From Chiloscyllium plagiosum (taxonomy: Eukaryota): a DNA stretch of 64,000 nt. A program made the translations under genes and the position numbers. Shown in pieces: positions 22,223 through 35,420 of the stretch (positions are counted from its first letter, which is position 1; the number at the start of each line of letters is the position of its first letter). The notes under the pieces were generated by a model, which worked only from the letters and a program-made list of their open reading frames with translations, was not told the DNA's origin and made no database searches. Location: contig NC_057732.1 of the NCBI RefSeq assembly GCF_004010195.1, positions 51,813,527 through 51,877,526 of the forward strand, given 5' to 3'.

Positions 22223-23284
22223 ATTTTTTCAGAAGATTTGTAGCTCAGGTTGAGGTTCAGGTTGTAAGTTTGCTCACTGAGCTGGAAGGTTTGTTTCCAG
22301 GCATTTCATCACCAAGTTAGCAAGCCTCCAGTGAAGCGCTGATGTAACGTCCCACTTTCTGTTTTTGTGCCTTGGTCTCTTAAGGTGGGTAATATCATTT
22401 CTGGTTCTTTTTCTCAGAGGTTGGTAGATGGGATCCGAATCAATATGTTTATTGATGGAGTTCCGGTTTGAATGCCAGGCCTGGGAATGTGGGAATTCCT
22501 ATGTGCGTCTCTGTTTCGCATGTCCTTGGTTGGATGTGTTGTCCCAGTCAAAGTGGCGTCCTCCTTCGTCTGTATGTAGGGATACGATGGTGCGTCATGT
22601 CTTTTGGTGACTAGTTGGTGTTTGTGTATCCTGATGGCTAGCTTTTTGCCTGGTCTGTCCGATGTAGTGTTTGTTATAGTCCTTGCATGGTAGTTAGTTA
22701 ATGACATTCATTTTGCTGGTTGTTTGTATAGGGTTCTTTAGGTTCACCAGCCGCTGTTTAAGTGTGTTGTTTGGTTTATGGGCTACCATGATGCCAAGGA
22801 TTTGGAGTAGTCAGTTAGTCATTTCAGAGATGACTGTGAGGTATGGTAATGTGGCTGGAGTTTCTGGACACATCTGCTTGTTTGCGTTTGTTATTTTGGA
22901 ATCGGTGGACAGTGTTTATTGGGTACCCATTTTCTTGAATAAGCTGTATAGATATTTTTCTAAAGAGCTTTGACAAAGGGTCAGTTAGACTCGAAACGTC
23001 AGCTCTTTTCTCTCCTTACAGATGCTGCCAGACTTGCTGAGATTTTCCAGCATTTTCTCTTTTTTTGGTTTCAGATTCCAGCATCCACAATAATTTGCTT
23101 TTATTAGATATTTTTCTGCTGCTACTATAGTTCCTGGGTGCTGCAGTGTGTTGTGGCCCATTTAAATAATGTCCCGATGCAGCTCTGTGGGTGTTGGGAT
23201 GATTGCTTCTGTAGTTCAGTATCTGGTCTGTGTGTGTTGCTTTCTTGTAGAAGCTGGTCTGAAATTCTCCATTAACTGCATTTT
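22223..23284 (-). mobile_element. Penelope-like element (RT thumb, GIY-YIG, pseudo-LTR) with 10-bp TSD, containing a nested 143-bp mini-element at 22962-23104
   Basis: FQTSFYKKATHTDQILNYRSNHP; TSD GATATTGCAT (22213-22222 and 23285-23294); inner TSD TAGATATTTTTCT (22949-22961 and 23105-23117). Confidence 0.85.
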
Positions 23285-23717
23285 GATATTGCATTTCGGT
23301 AATACAAACAAGTACAGGACTTATATAGAAACATACCCTTCAGTCCAACTCGTCCATGCCAACCAAGTTTCCTAAATTAAACTAGTGCCACTTATCTGCA
23401 ATTGGCCCATGTCCCTCCAAAATTTTGCTTTTCACGTACCTATCCAAATGTTTTAAATGTTGTATCTGTACCCACATCTACCACTTCCTCTGGCAGATCA
23501 TTCCACATACAAACCACCCTCTGTGGAAAAAGTTGCCCCTGAGGTCCCTTTTAAATTTTTCTCCTGTTACCTTAAAAATATGATTCTTAGTTTGTGAAAA
23601 GCGCTTTCAAATGTGAATCTTTATTACTAAATGATCAGTAAAATAGTACACATGCTAAAGCAGGAGTAATAGGTATTATACAGCATGTACATTTTTAAGT
23701 GTTTGCTTTTTTCATAG

Positions 23718-23919
23718 TTAGAAGAAATGATGATGTGTTCTAACCAGGTAAATAATTCTGCCCCTGGACAGATGACACAGAATTTGAATCAAGGATTACA
23801 TACTGTGAATGGGAGTCCTAACATGAGTCTCAATGGCCCACAAATACTGGGATCCTTCACACCAGAAGATACCCTACAACAAATGGATGAACTGATTAAG
23901 GAGAACAATGAGTTAAAAG
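23718..23919 (+). CDS. OPTN: Optineurin coding exon (ATG at 23727; start of TBK1-binding domain, FTPEDTLQQMDELIKENNELKE)
   Basis: Acceptor ttttttcatAG; phase-1 donor AAG|GTTTGG; matches human [22 protein letters not shown] with E50 conserved. Confidence 0.9.
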
Positions 23920-25774
23920 GTTTGGTTCCTGTCTTAGACTTAAGTAAAGCCAAAAATGTAATCTGCTGTATAATTCATTCACAAAGTTGTTTGGATTCTG
24001 ATTTTGGTGATAAATTAAATTATAAAGTTTAAGTGTATATTTACATCACTTAGTAATATTTTATCACTTAACTCTCCACAGATATTATTGTGGAAACAAT
24101 GTATTTTCTAGATCATATGAAGTTAAATACCCTGGATGTCCAAAAAGACATTGGGTTCAAATGAAGAGATCTTTAATATGTCACAAACTAGTGCAGAAAA
24201 TAATCAACAAAGCAAATGAAATGTCAAGAGTGCAAGGATGCAGAAATTATCCTGCAGATATACTAAACCCAGGTTAGAGCCCACATGAAGCGCTATGAGG
24301 GGATCTGGACAACCTACCTTCAGAAGGACATATTGGCTTTGGAGAATGTACACGTAGCGTGGACAAGCTTGACTCCTTCATGGTGATCGTGAAATTATTG
24401 TTGATTTTTACAAAAACCCCTTTAGTTCACTAATATCCTTTTAGAGAAGAATATGTACCATCCTAACCTGGCCTGACTCCAGACCCAAGTAACTCCTAAC
24501 ATAATTAGGTTAACATAATTTGCTTAACATAATTAACTCTTGACATAATCAGGCACCATATATGTGTGCAAGTTTTTATTCTCATAAATACAGCTTTCTT
24601 TTAATTTTTAGCCTGTAAATTAGTTACTTTTAATTCTGGATATAAATTCCTTAGAAGTTATATTTACAAAGTGTTTGAAATACCTTTTAGCAGTGTGAAG
24701 CTGAACAGATACCCAATGCAATAAAAATAAAATCTGAAATTAAAAACTGAAAATGCTGGAGAAGCTCAGGTTTTGCAGCACACGTAGTGAAAGAAGCAGA
24801 GTTAATGCTTCGAGTTCAATATGACTCTTCTTTAGAAGAGTCATATCAGACTTGATGTTCACTGTTTCTCTCTCTACAGATGCTGCCGGACCTGCTAAAA
24901 TATTAAAATGCCTTGCACTGTTGGTAATCTTCCAAGCAGCCAGACAGAGCTACCAATAACCACGGGTAATGATGAGTCACTGGGGATTTTAAATGACAGA
25001 ATGAAGAAATATGATTTTAATTTTCTAAGAAGTTGAATTGATGGTGAGGGAAAAGTAACAAAAATAAATAACCTACATAATTGGCCAGAGGTGACTACTT
25101 GTTACCTAGGCTGCATTTTCAAAATATTATGTACATTATTGATCTTATGTTTTTAAACTCCTTTAGTTGATTATGCACAAATTGATATGCAGAATCCTTA
25201 AATTCATATTTTTCCACGTTTTACTTAGCCCTGGTCTCAAAACATGACTATTTGTTTCCTGTACTGTGTTTGATGATATGTTTCTATCTACATCTGTAAC
25301 TTTGAAGCACATGGCCATCTACATGTTTATCGGTTCCAAAGAAGAGTCATATAACACTCAAAACAGTAACTCTGTTTTTTCCTCCATCAATGCTACTAGA
25401 CTTGCTGAGTTGCCCCAGTACCTTATTTTTATTTCAGATGTTTAGAAAGCCGTTTCATAGGGTTATTTGTTAAGATAACACACTTAAATTTGGTTCCAAA
25501 TTCACCACCGTTCTGGCGTGAAACTTCTACCTTTTTTTGATTTAATTAAATACCTTGGTCTATTAATTATTTGCTAAATCAAGACCATCTGTATCCGTCG
25601 GTCTTCAATCCTGTGTGGAACCACGCAATTTTTAATCATGCAGAAAAATGATGTAAAATTGAACATTTCAAAAGCCACAGTGACTCCTAAGTCTACCTCA
25701 GGAATTTATATCTTGAATATAGTTACAGCCTGTTACATATTTTTGTATCGCATGTTTATAAATTAATATAGGTG

Positions 25775-25991
25775 CAAGCAGTTCCTGTTGCAAATGGGTT
25801 CTGAACCTGAATCTATTTCCAAGTCAATTTGTACTCAAGTCGGAACACAATGTAGGATGATATAAAGCAGCTATTCATAAGTACAGGAAATGCTCAGTTT
25901 TTGGGTCTTCAGAATGACATCCCTGTATGGGATCATGTTTGTGAGTACGAATATTTGTAAGTCGAGCATTCATAAATCAGGGATCCCCTGT
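25775..25991. mobile_element. Degenerate Tc1/mariner (Tigger-like) MITE
   Basis: Ends aagcagttcc... and ...cagggatcccctgTA resemble Tigger-type TIRs. Confidence 0.4.
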
Positions 25992-26986
25992 ATTAGAAGT
26001 TTAGTATTTTATCTGGGTGATGCAAGTTGAGTTATTGCACTAAAATTGGAACATAAATTATATCAACTGTAGGCATTTCTATTATTGCAAACTTTGCATT
26101 ATTGTCTTGAAAACATTCAATGATTATGACTTATGAAGTTGTAGAATATTTAATGAAATTGAGTTCTTCATTTTGTGAAACATCCCTTTATTGCTGGGCT
26201 TTGAGAATAGGTGCAACAGTCACATCGTTATTTAGAACTGCAAAGGTTAATTATTAGTCAGAAACTTGCTTGTTGGAACAAAATAATATTTGCATGACCC
26301 TGGAAGATATTGTTGCAGAGAAAGTTCCACACAGTAATATCTGGTACTTCCTACTTTTACAACCACAACACTTATACTAACTAAATTTGTACCTTTTACA
26401 TTTTTGTTGTAATTTAAATGGCAATGCTTCTTCGGATATTTTCAGGATAATTAAATACAAAAAAAAAAATTTTTTAAAAGGAGAACTATCACTTTTGTAG
26501 TTTAGGATGCTTTTTAAAAGCACAATCTACAGATCTACATAACTAATTCTTCATGTCTATTTGAAGAGATATTAATTCAAAGCTATTTTGTTTTACATAC
26601 CTGAAATACAAGTTGATCAAGAACAGTGACCCCATTTCAAATAAATTTGTAATTACAAACCCTAGCTAAGTTATTATTTATAATATGAATTCATTTCATG
26701 CAAAACATATTACCAATGCATTTTATGTACCAAAGAAAAGGGTATTTACATTAGCACTGTTCTCAACAGTGCATGTGCAGTCCATTCCTGAGTGAAGCAG
26801 TCAGCCTATTCTGCAATGTGTGTGTTTTGGCTACGTTCTCTTCTTGGGTTATTCTTTCACATTATTTCATAAACCCCCCCTGGATGTCTCCACAGATTCC
26901 AATTCAGCACCCACTCAACCAGAGTAGAAAAGCCTAAGCTGCGATTAGTATGGAGAATTTAAGATGGGTAGCACATTAATTAATCT

Positions 26987-27373
26987 TTTTTGCAAGGTTT
27001 GTAGCTCAGGTTGAGGTTTAGGGTATAGGTTTGCTCGCTGAGCTGTAAGTTTGATATCCAGACGTTTCATTACCTGGCTAGGTAACATCATCAGTGGTGA
27101 CCTCCAAGTGAAGCGAAGCTGTTGTTTCCTGCTTTCTATTTATATGTTTGTCCTGGATGGTATCTAGATACCATCTATCAACCCTTCAGAAAGCGAACAG
27201 GAAATGACATCGCCACAAACCCCAGCAACCCCATCCAGGACAAACATATAAATAGAAAGCAGGAGACAACAGCTTCGCTTCACTTAGAGGTCGCCACTGA
27301 TGATGTTACCTAGCCAGGTAATGAAACATCTGGATATCAAACTTACAGCTCAGCGAGCAAACCTACACCCTAA
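26987..27373 (-). mobile_element. Hairpin PLE derivative with 12-bp TSD and paired hammerhead motifs
   Basis: Arms about 27017-27160 and 27231-27374; TSD ATTAATTAATCT at 26975-26986 and 27374-27385. Confidence 0.85.
27058..27097 (-). ncRNA. Intact-looking minimal hammerhead ribozyme motif
   Basis: Minus strand reads cca-CUGAUGA-u-guuaccu/agcc/agguaau-GAAA-CGUC-ugg, with GUC triplet, 7-bp stem II and 3-bp stem I. Confidence 0.65.
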
Positions 27374-27806
27374 ATTAATTAATCTATAACCCCCAAGATG
27401 CTGGTGATTTTTTGCTTGGGGCTGTTATCCAAATAGCATTATAAATCCCTCCAGACACAACTCTTTCAGTTCCCTGTTCAGCAACAGTTTTGGTTTGACA
27501 AATTGCGAAGAGAATTGTTCAAAAGAAGCTTTGCTTGAGTTAAATAAAAATTACAAAGAATGGTTTGAACCACCACCTCTATTTTAGTTGTGTTTTTATT
27601 CTAATTTTTAGTGCAGTATTTTGATGAATTGCATTATCTATATTTAGTAAACCAATTTAAAGTCAGTGTTGAGTCTGTCTATAATAAATATCCAGGTCTT
27701 GCACTACATTGTAAAAATATCCTATTAGATTAGACATGACTTGAATGACAATTCCGTATTTAATTGATTGACTTGAAAGAAAATGTGGGTGATTTTTGCC
27801 TTGCAG

Positions 27807-28000
27807 AAGCAATCAAGCAAACAAATCATGCAATGAAGGAACGTTATGAAGAACTTGCAACTTGGAGGGAAAAACAGAGGGAAGAAAGGGACTATATTCA
27901 GAACAAGTTTGAAGAGGCCAAAACCCGATTAACAGACCTTACTGCAGAGAATGAAATCTTGAAGAGCAAAATACAGGAATTAAATGCTGATACTACACAG
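27807..28000 (+). CDS. OPTN: Optineurin exon (EAIKQTNHAMKERYEELATWREKQREER...DTTQ)
   Basis: ttgcAG and CAG|GTAACC; phase 1 to 0; homologous to human AMKLNNQAMKGRFEEL. Confidence 0.95.
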
Positions 28001-28755
28001 GTAACCAAAGGAAGACTGAAGGTTTTCGACTTTGTGTGTACACTTATTTCATTGCACTTATGGAGGCTGAAACATTTTAATTTGTTCACCTTAAAGGGAA
28101 AAGGAGAAGAAGTGTGATTCAGTTTTTTAAAATGCTGAAAAGCAGTTGTATTCCGATGCTAAGTTTCCTTTAAAAACCTCTAATCCAGGTTCTAATTTCT
28201 GGATATATATTTGCAATCTGTGAATGCCTACACTGGACCACGGTGTTGATAAAAGAAATTAAACTGAGAAATGGAAAAATGTGCACATATGGTGAAAAGA
28301 AAGTATAGAATCACACAAATCATGATGCATTTTATCTGGAATTAGGTAATATTGGTAATAACTACTGAATTTTTTGTTGTCTAGGAGTTTTGTTCCACAT
28401 TCATGACTGATTATCCACATTCAAATGTTTAAAGTCAAGCAACATTCTGGTGTTGTAAATAGGCATTAAAGATAGACTCCTGAGTGTTATTCCAACATTT
28501 ACAAGACTAAATATTGACATTTGAAATACTTGCTTGATTACCCCGTAAAGATGGAAGCTTCACAATTATAATTTAAATCATTTGCCTCTTTTAAATATTG
28601 CAAATAAAACCATGACTGCACAAGCTATACTTGATTTGTCGGATGTAATAGACTTTGTAGGCACAATTTTGCTCCTCTCATTCCATTCTTTCTTGTGTTG
28701 ACAAGTATTGAGTTGGATAATATTTTTTAAAACTGTACTTTTTATTTTTTGACAG

Positions 28756-28926
28756 GGAGTACCCAAAGGTGCAATCTCTAATGTGATGGAACAAGATATG
28801 CAGCAACTGAAAGCACTTGTTAGAAGGCTGCAGACAGAAAAAGCTGATCTGGTTGCCATGAATTCAGAGCTTCTGCTGAAATTGGGTGCCCCAATGTCTG
28901 ATGATTCATTTGTTGAAATTCGAATG
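28756..28926 (+). CDS. OPTN: Optineurin exon with leucine zipper and LIR motif ([10 protein letters not shown])
   Basis: gacAG and ATG|GTATGT; phase 0 to 0; LIR at 28906-28920. Confidence 0.95.
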
Positions 28927-29874
28927 GTATGTGAGAAAACTAAATTTAAAAATGGAATTCCAGTGCATATTAGTTGCAGAAATTGGTTATTGTAACAGTG
29001 TTCAAATATACGTTTCAACGTTTATGCAATTCTTTAAAACAAGATGCAGTGACTTCTTCTATAATGTGATGGTTGCGTTCTTGTGAAACACTGTGTTATA
29101 GAAAATCGCATTTTGGAACAGCGCTTAGTGTTGGAGCTGTAATCATGTTACAGCTGACACACGTTTTAAACGTTTGTGCTGTAGAAATAGCATCCACCAA
29201 TTCAACAACTGCACTAAAGCGAATTCATATTGACAAAACATGCATTATAATAAAAGGACAGGTAAATTATAAAATACTGGTTTGCGCAGGATCCTATCTA
29301 ACTTATGAACCAAGCCTGTGCTATAGACCAAATTCAGAAAAGTTTAAAAATACTAGCAAAATACACCCATGAGGTGGAAGGAATTGTATTGTGAAGTTGC
29401 AAAATACATTCGAATTGCTGTGATTTTATAGTGTGACACACTGCTTCTTGAAAGCAGCAAGCACTAACGATCGGGATGCAAGGCAAGCAGTGGGAGGGGG
29501 AGAAACAGTGTGAGATCAGTGGAGGGTTAAGGTAGAGCAAATCAACCTACCACTCCAGTCAAGACTTCTAACCTGAGAGCACTGGTGGTCAAAGCTTAAG
29601 AACACTGATTGAAATATTGGCTGGGACATAGAACATTGCAAAGGATTAAAATTAGGGATGAAATTTAGCATTTATTGAAAGTTAGTAAAATTTTAATTAG
29701 TTGAAATTTTTCTGGAACTTTAGTTTTTTTTGTTAGCTTGTTAAAATATACCAAATTTAGAGTATGGTATTTCTGTGAGCACTTATGTACATTTAAAAAT
29801 GTGTTTAACTTTGCACACTTCTGTGGTAATTATTCAATGAAATTCAAAGTCAATAATGCTGCTTAATTATGTAG

Positions 29875-29951
29875 GAGGCTGCTGATGATAGTGAACTAAA
29901 AGCAGCAAAGGAATTGCAATGCAAGAGTGCAGACAGCCAAGCAGTCTACAC
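29875..29951 (+). CDS. OPTN: Optineurin exon (EAADDSELKAAKELQCKSADSQAVYT)
   Basis: gtAG and AC|GTAAGT; phase 0 to 2 bridges its neighbours. Confidence 0.8.
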
Positions 29952-30809
29952 GTAAGTTATTTAATTGATTATATATTTAAAATTTGATTTAAGTTTGTAT
30001 GCTATTTAAACTTTTAATTGCAACTCAACTTATTTCAAATTAAGATTTGATTACTTCCATATGTAAAATTCCATGATTCCAAATAGTATAGTGCATAGAG
30101 TATCCTTTCAAATAATGCGCTAAAGCTTTGTTGCTCAACATGTACTGCTACTCTCAAATTCAAATTGTTACCGTATACGAGTAAAATACACCAATTTAAT
30201 GTTATTGCCATGATCAGTCTCTGAGAGAATGTAGTTATTCAGAAGTATAAGGCTTGCTAATTGTTGGAAGAAGAATCACAAGGCTATAGAATAAATGAAA
30301 GAATAATTTAAAAATCAAAATGTGGCACAGAATTTGGAGATCTGTCTCCACCTAACTGAAAAATGAGAGAATCACTGCTCAGTAATGAAGCGAGTTATAG
30401 AGTCATAGAAATGTATAGCGTGGAAACAGACCCTTTGCAGCTAAACCAACTCTCTTCAACTTATTCAAATGTCTGCTGAACCAGTTCAAGAAAATTAGAC
30501 CAGCCACCTAGTTCAAAAATATAATAATTCATCATCAAATGTTGATCTGATACTGTTTTTGCACCAGAGATCATTGGTTAAAATATAACCATACAGTGAA
30601 GTGCGGGTCCATGTATAAGAAATAGGAGGTGTAAACCATTTAGATCTTGGAGCCTGCTGTGTCATTGAGTAACTTCATGACTGATAATCTACTTCAACCC
30701 TACCTTATGGCATCATCCTCGTATCACTTAAGAGACAAGGAGAGGCTGTGATATTTTCTCAAAAAACCCTGCCAACTGCAACGTTATTTCCTTTAAACCA
30801 AATGCATAG

Positions 30810-31225
30810 GCTGAGGCTGTTTTTCCCTGGACCGATGGAGGCTGAGGTGTGACCTTACAGACGTTTATAAAATCATGAGGGGCATGGGTTGGGTGAATAG
30901 CCAAAGTCTTTTTCCTAGGTTGTGAGAGTCCAAAACTAGATGGCATAAGTTTAAGGTGAGAGGGAAAAGATTTAAAAAGGATCTGAGGCGTAACCTTTTA
31001 CACAAAGGGTGGTGTACTTATGAAATGAGCTACCAGAGGAAGTGGTGGAGCAATGTACAGTTACAACATTTAAAAAGCATCTAGATGGATGTATGAAAAG
31101 GAAATGTTTAGAGGGATATGGACCAAATGCTTTCAAATGGGATTAGGTCAGATTGTGGTGTCTGGTCGGCGCGGATGAATTGGACGGAAGGGTCTGCTTC
31201 AGTGTTTTATGACCCTATGCCTCTA
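30810..31225 (+). mobile_element. CR1/HER1 3' end
   Basis: ggctgaggtgtgacctt...ggacggaagggtctg family consensus. Confidence 0.85.
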
Positions 31226-31834
31226 TCTTTAATGTCGATGTAAGTGATCACCTTTGTAAGTTGTAGCTTTTCACTTTGACCAAACTATGGAATCGCAAAG
31301 ATTCTTTGGGCCCACAACATTTAGCCGTAACAAATATTATAAGATGCCCTGCCCAAACCGGAGACACATATAATTTAGCCAGTGGATTTTTATTGTTTCT
31401 GCTTTAAAAGTACATAAATAACTTTACTGTAGGGTAATTGCCATTCTTGAGGCTAATGTACCATTTTCATTGGGTGTACTGCAGGAATTAGAAAAAAGAA
31501 TAACATACATGGAAGAGTGAAAACTGAAGCTGTAATAGCAGATGTTTTTGTGTGTTAAGTAAAGCTGTAAATGGATTATTACACTATTACTGATCAAGCT
31601 TTAGTTTTTTGGCTTCTTGAAAATGCCACCTGTGGAAAATTGTTAGTCGTGAGTGAATAATTTGATATTTTGTAATTCTGCAAGGCTTGTGACAATTGTG
31701 ACAAAAAGTTTTATGTTTTCAGGAGTTATACTTAATTGAAGCTCATCTTCCTTGAAAATATCCATCAATAAAATTAATCATTGTTTTATTCATTAAAGTG
31801 TAATTTTCAAAATGAAGTAGTCTTTTTCAATAAC

Positions 31835-33165
31835 AGAAACAAAAATAGTTGGAGAAACTCAGCAGGTCTAACAGCACCTGTGAAGAGAAAGCAGAGTCAA
31901 GGTTTTGTTTCCACTGACTCCTCTTCAGAACTGATTATAGCTAGGTTGGTATATATGCTGAAGTTGGAGATGGCGGGAGAGCAAATGATAGATTGAGGTG
32001 GACCCCAAAAGTCAGAACAGAGGAGAAAGAAAAACTGTTAATGGGGAGGGGAACCGTTAGTGGGTGATGATGGGTTAGCTCTGGTGAAAGCAGCCCATAT
32101 GATCACAAGGACTGGGGTGTAGGAGTGGGTAAAGGATATGGGAGAAGGTGCTTGCCCCTAAAGTTATTGAACTCGATATTGAGCCCTGAAGGCAAGTGGA
32201 AGATATGATGCTATTCATCCAGCTTGCATTGTGCTTCATTGGAGCGGTGCAGCGAGCCTGAGACACAGGTTTTGGCCAGGAAACAAGGTGGTATGTTGAT
32301 ATAGCAGGTAACTGGAAACTGGGTAGAACATTAGATGTTCCACAAAGTGGTTGACCATTCTGCATTTCGTCCCCCCAGTGTAGAGGAGATCATATTGTGA
32401 GCAGCAAATACAGTCAATCGATTGAACCCAGTGCAGGTAAATAGCTGCTTCACCTGGAAGGTATGTCTAGGGCCTCAAATAGTGAGGAATGAGAAAGTAA
32501 GAAGATAGGGATTTCAAGATAAGATGATGTGGGTGGTGTCCGGAATGGAGAAGGAATGGACCAGGGTGTCTTGGAGGGAATGGTCCCTGTGAAAGACTGA
32601 CAAAGGAGGGAAGAGGAATTTGTGTCTGGTAGTGGTAGAAATGGTAACTTATGATCCTTTGGATGTGAATGCTGGTGCGGTGGAATGTGAGGATCTTGGG
32701 GACCTATTGTTGCGGGAGGGAGGAAAAAGCATAAGGGTCAAAGTGCGGGAGATGAACTTAGCTGAGGGTTTTATCAATCATGGTGGTGGGAAATCTTCTG
32801 TCGCGGACAAAGATGGACATTGCTGAGGTCCCAGTGTAGAAGATGGTATCATTTGAACAGATGCAACGGAGACAGAAAAACTGAAAAAATGGGATGGAGT
32901 CCTTGGGATCTGTTGATCAGGTAACTCTGGGAGTCATTGGGTTTGTAGTGGAAATTAACGGCCAGCCTATCCTCTGAAATGGAAAAAGGAGAGCTCGGTA
33001 AAGCGAAATTGATAAATTTTAGCAATTCTGAAGTTGCACCAATGATGTCTTCGATGTTGCAATCGGTTATGAAGAATTCTTTCCATGAGTGCTGCCAGAG
33101 CCTGCTCAGTTTCTCCAGTTCTTTTTTCCCTGTGTTTCAGACTTCCAGCATCTGTAATTCCTTGT
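31835..33165 (-). mobile_element. Old degenerate PLE
   Basis: PLE-type termini at both ends (ggagaaactcagcagg / cctgctcagtttctccag) and decayed GIY-YIG-like interior. Confidence 0.5.
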
Positions 33166-33167
33166 TT

Positions 33168-33468
33168 TTAGATTAGATTAGAATCCCTACAGTGTGAAAA
33201 CAGGCCATTTGGCCCAACACGTCCACACTGACCCTCCAAAGAGTATCCCACCCAGACCCATTCCCCTAAATTTACCCCAACTAATGGACCTAATGCAATG
33301 GGCAATTTAGCATGGCCAATTCACCTGAGTTGCACATCTTTGGACTGTGGGAGGAAACTGGAGCACCGTAAAGAAATTCATGCAGGTGTGGGGTGAATGT
33401 ACACACTCGAACCCGGATCCCTGATGCTGTGAGGCAGCAGAGCTAACCGCTGAGCCACCATGCCCCCC
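33168..33468 (-). mobile_element. HE1-type V-SINE
   Basis: Family consensus. Confidence 0.85.
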
Positions 33469-33565
33469 TATTTTTATTTAGTCTTCTGTGTTATTTTACC
33501 ATAGGCAGTTGGTTGAAATAATTAACATATCAATTTTACTTTTAAATACAATAATTGAAAAGCAG

Positions 33566-33700
33566 GTCAAACACGGATGATAGTACTGGAAAACGCCTGC
33601 TGTCAGAAGAGTTAACAGTCAGCCAACTCCTTCATATGCTGAGGGACAAGACTCTGAATCTGGAAAAGCTTGAACATGAGCTTCAATCTTCAAAGCAAAG
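33566..33700 (+). CDS. OPTN: Optineurin exon (SNTDDSTGKRLLSEELTVSQLLHMLRDK...KQR)
   Basis: EELTVSQLL is identical to human; NAGNAG acceptor AAGCAG (alternative start 33563); donor AAG|GTAAAG; phase 2 to 2. Confidence 0.9.
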
Positions 33701-34087
33701 GTAAAGGAGTTTGAGGATGTGCAAACACCTCTCAATTTTGTCAATTCTTGTTCCAAATTTTAATGTTGTTTTTGAATTTAATTTGTTGACAACCTATCAA
33801 CTTAACTGATATCATAATTGTAGAAAAGGTGAAGCTTTGTTACCTGTAACACAATTGAAGAAAGGGTGTTGCCAATTATTATTAGTTATGATAAATGCAA
33901 TTGAAATTCTATGAAAAACTGAAGAAAGCACATTGAAGTCAACATTTTTGTTAATAAATCTCACATTAATTACAATTGGCCTTGCGCTTAATAAAATAAA
34001 AATATTGTTAGCGTACTTTTATCTTTTGAAATTAGTTTTCTTTCTTCTTCACAGTAAGCAGTAACATAATTTGACAATGTTTCTCAG

Positions 34088-34283
34088 GGTTTCAGAGCTC
34101 AAGCAAGTGTGTGAAGCAGCTGAGCTTGCAAGACAGGCTGAGAAAAATGCAAGAGAGGAGATTTTGTCTGGTACCAAACAGAAATTGGCACCTGAAACAG
34201 TGGTGATGGATGTCAGTGTAGAACAACAGAATACTGAAACAGCAGCTGTTCCAGTAGAAGGTTTGAATAATCCAAACAACCAA
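34088..34283 (+). CDS. OPTN: Optineurin exon (RVSELKQVCEAAELARQAEK...NPNNQ)
   Basis: ttctcAG and CAA|GTAAGT; phase 2 to 0; open frame; RVS start as in human. Confidence 0.85.
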
Positions 34284-34589
34284 GTAAGTGATTTATTGCT
34301 GAAGTTTGTAAAACTCAAATGGATTCCATGCTTGCAACAAAGGGGTTTCTTTGTTTGTTTTAGCATCATAAAATGCTCAGTGTGAAAAGGCTGAGGTACT
34401 CCTGAAATGAGAATGGAGCTATTGATTCATCAAAACAAGTCTTTTTCATTAGTCAATACAGACCCATACTTGAGGCAAAGAAGCACTTGCAGATACATAG
34501 CTCCATTGGTGCGTTTCATGATCCCAACTTTTGTCCCAAAATAATGTTTCTGTAGGAAGTCTTAAACAATCTAATTTAATTCAGAATTG

Positions 34590-35420
34590 TTATGGTGCAC
34601 AGGGAGGCCATTTGAGCCATTGTATCTGGCTTTCCAGTGAATATCATGACTTAGTGCAGTGCTCCTGTTTCCTATTACCTTGCACATTGTCTGCATTCAA
34701 ATAACCATTGAAATCTTCTTGAATGCCTCAATTGTTGCTTCCTCCACCACATATCCAGGTAGTGCATCCCAGATCAAATCACCTGTTGTGTGAAAACACT
34801 TTTTCTCGCATCACATTTGCTGCATTTGCAAATCACTTTAGTCTTTGCCCTCTCATTCTTCATCCTTTTACAAGCAGAAACAGTTTCACCCTTCTCCTTA
34901 AACACCTCTCATGATTTTGAAAACTTCTATGCAATCTCCTTTTAATAGCCTTCTCTCTAAGAGGAACATTCCTAACCCCTCTAATTGAAGTTTCAAATCC
35001 CTGGAACCATTTTTTGTAAATCAATTCGACACGCTTTTTAGTAAGTTCACATCAAATCTATTGAATCGCATCCAGAACTGTACACAATACTCCACCTGAG
35101 GTATGACAAGTGTCTTGCATAAGTTCAGCAAAAGCACCTTACTTATGTGTTCTACACTGCTATTAATAGAGCCTGGGATACTGCATGTTTTATTAACTGT
35201 CCTCTTCTTCATCCTTCAGTGATCTCTGCATGTGTACAGCTAAACCATGTTGCTTCAGCATTTCTTTCAGTATTGTAGCTATATTTGCCTGTCGAAATGC
35301 ATTGGCTCATTTCTTCGCATTGAATTTTTTCTGCCACCTATCTACTCCTTCCACCAACTTATTTATGTCCTTTGAATTTCTACATCGTCCTCCTCAAAGT
35401 TTATAATGCTTCTGATTTTA
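34590..35420 (-). mobile_element. Old CR1 fragment
   Basis: LLNLCKTLVIPQVEYCVQFW. Confidence 0.7.

Noticed and set aside
28578-29018. 146-aa minus-strand ORF
   Set aside because: Antisense shadow of an OPTN exon with no independent support
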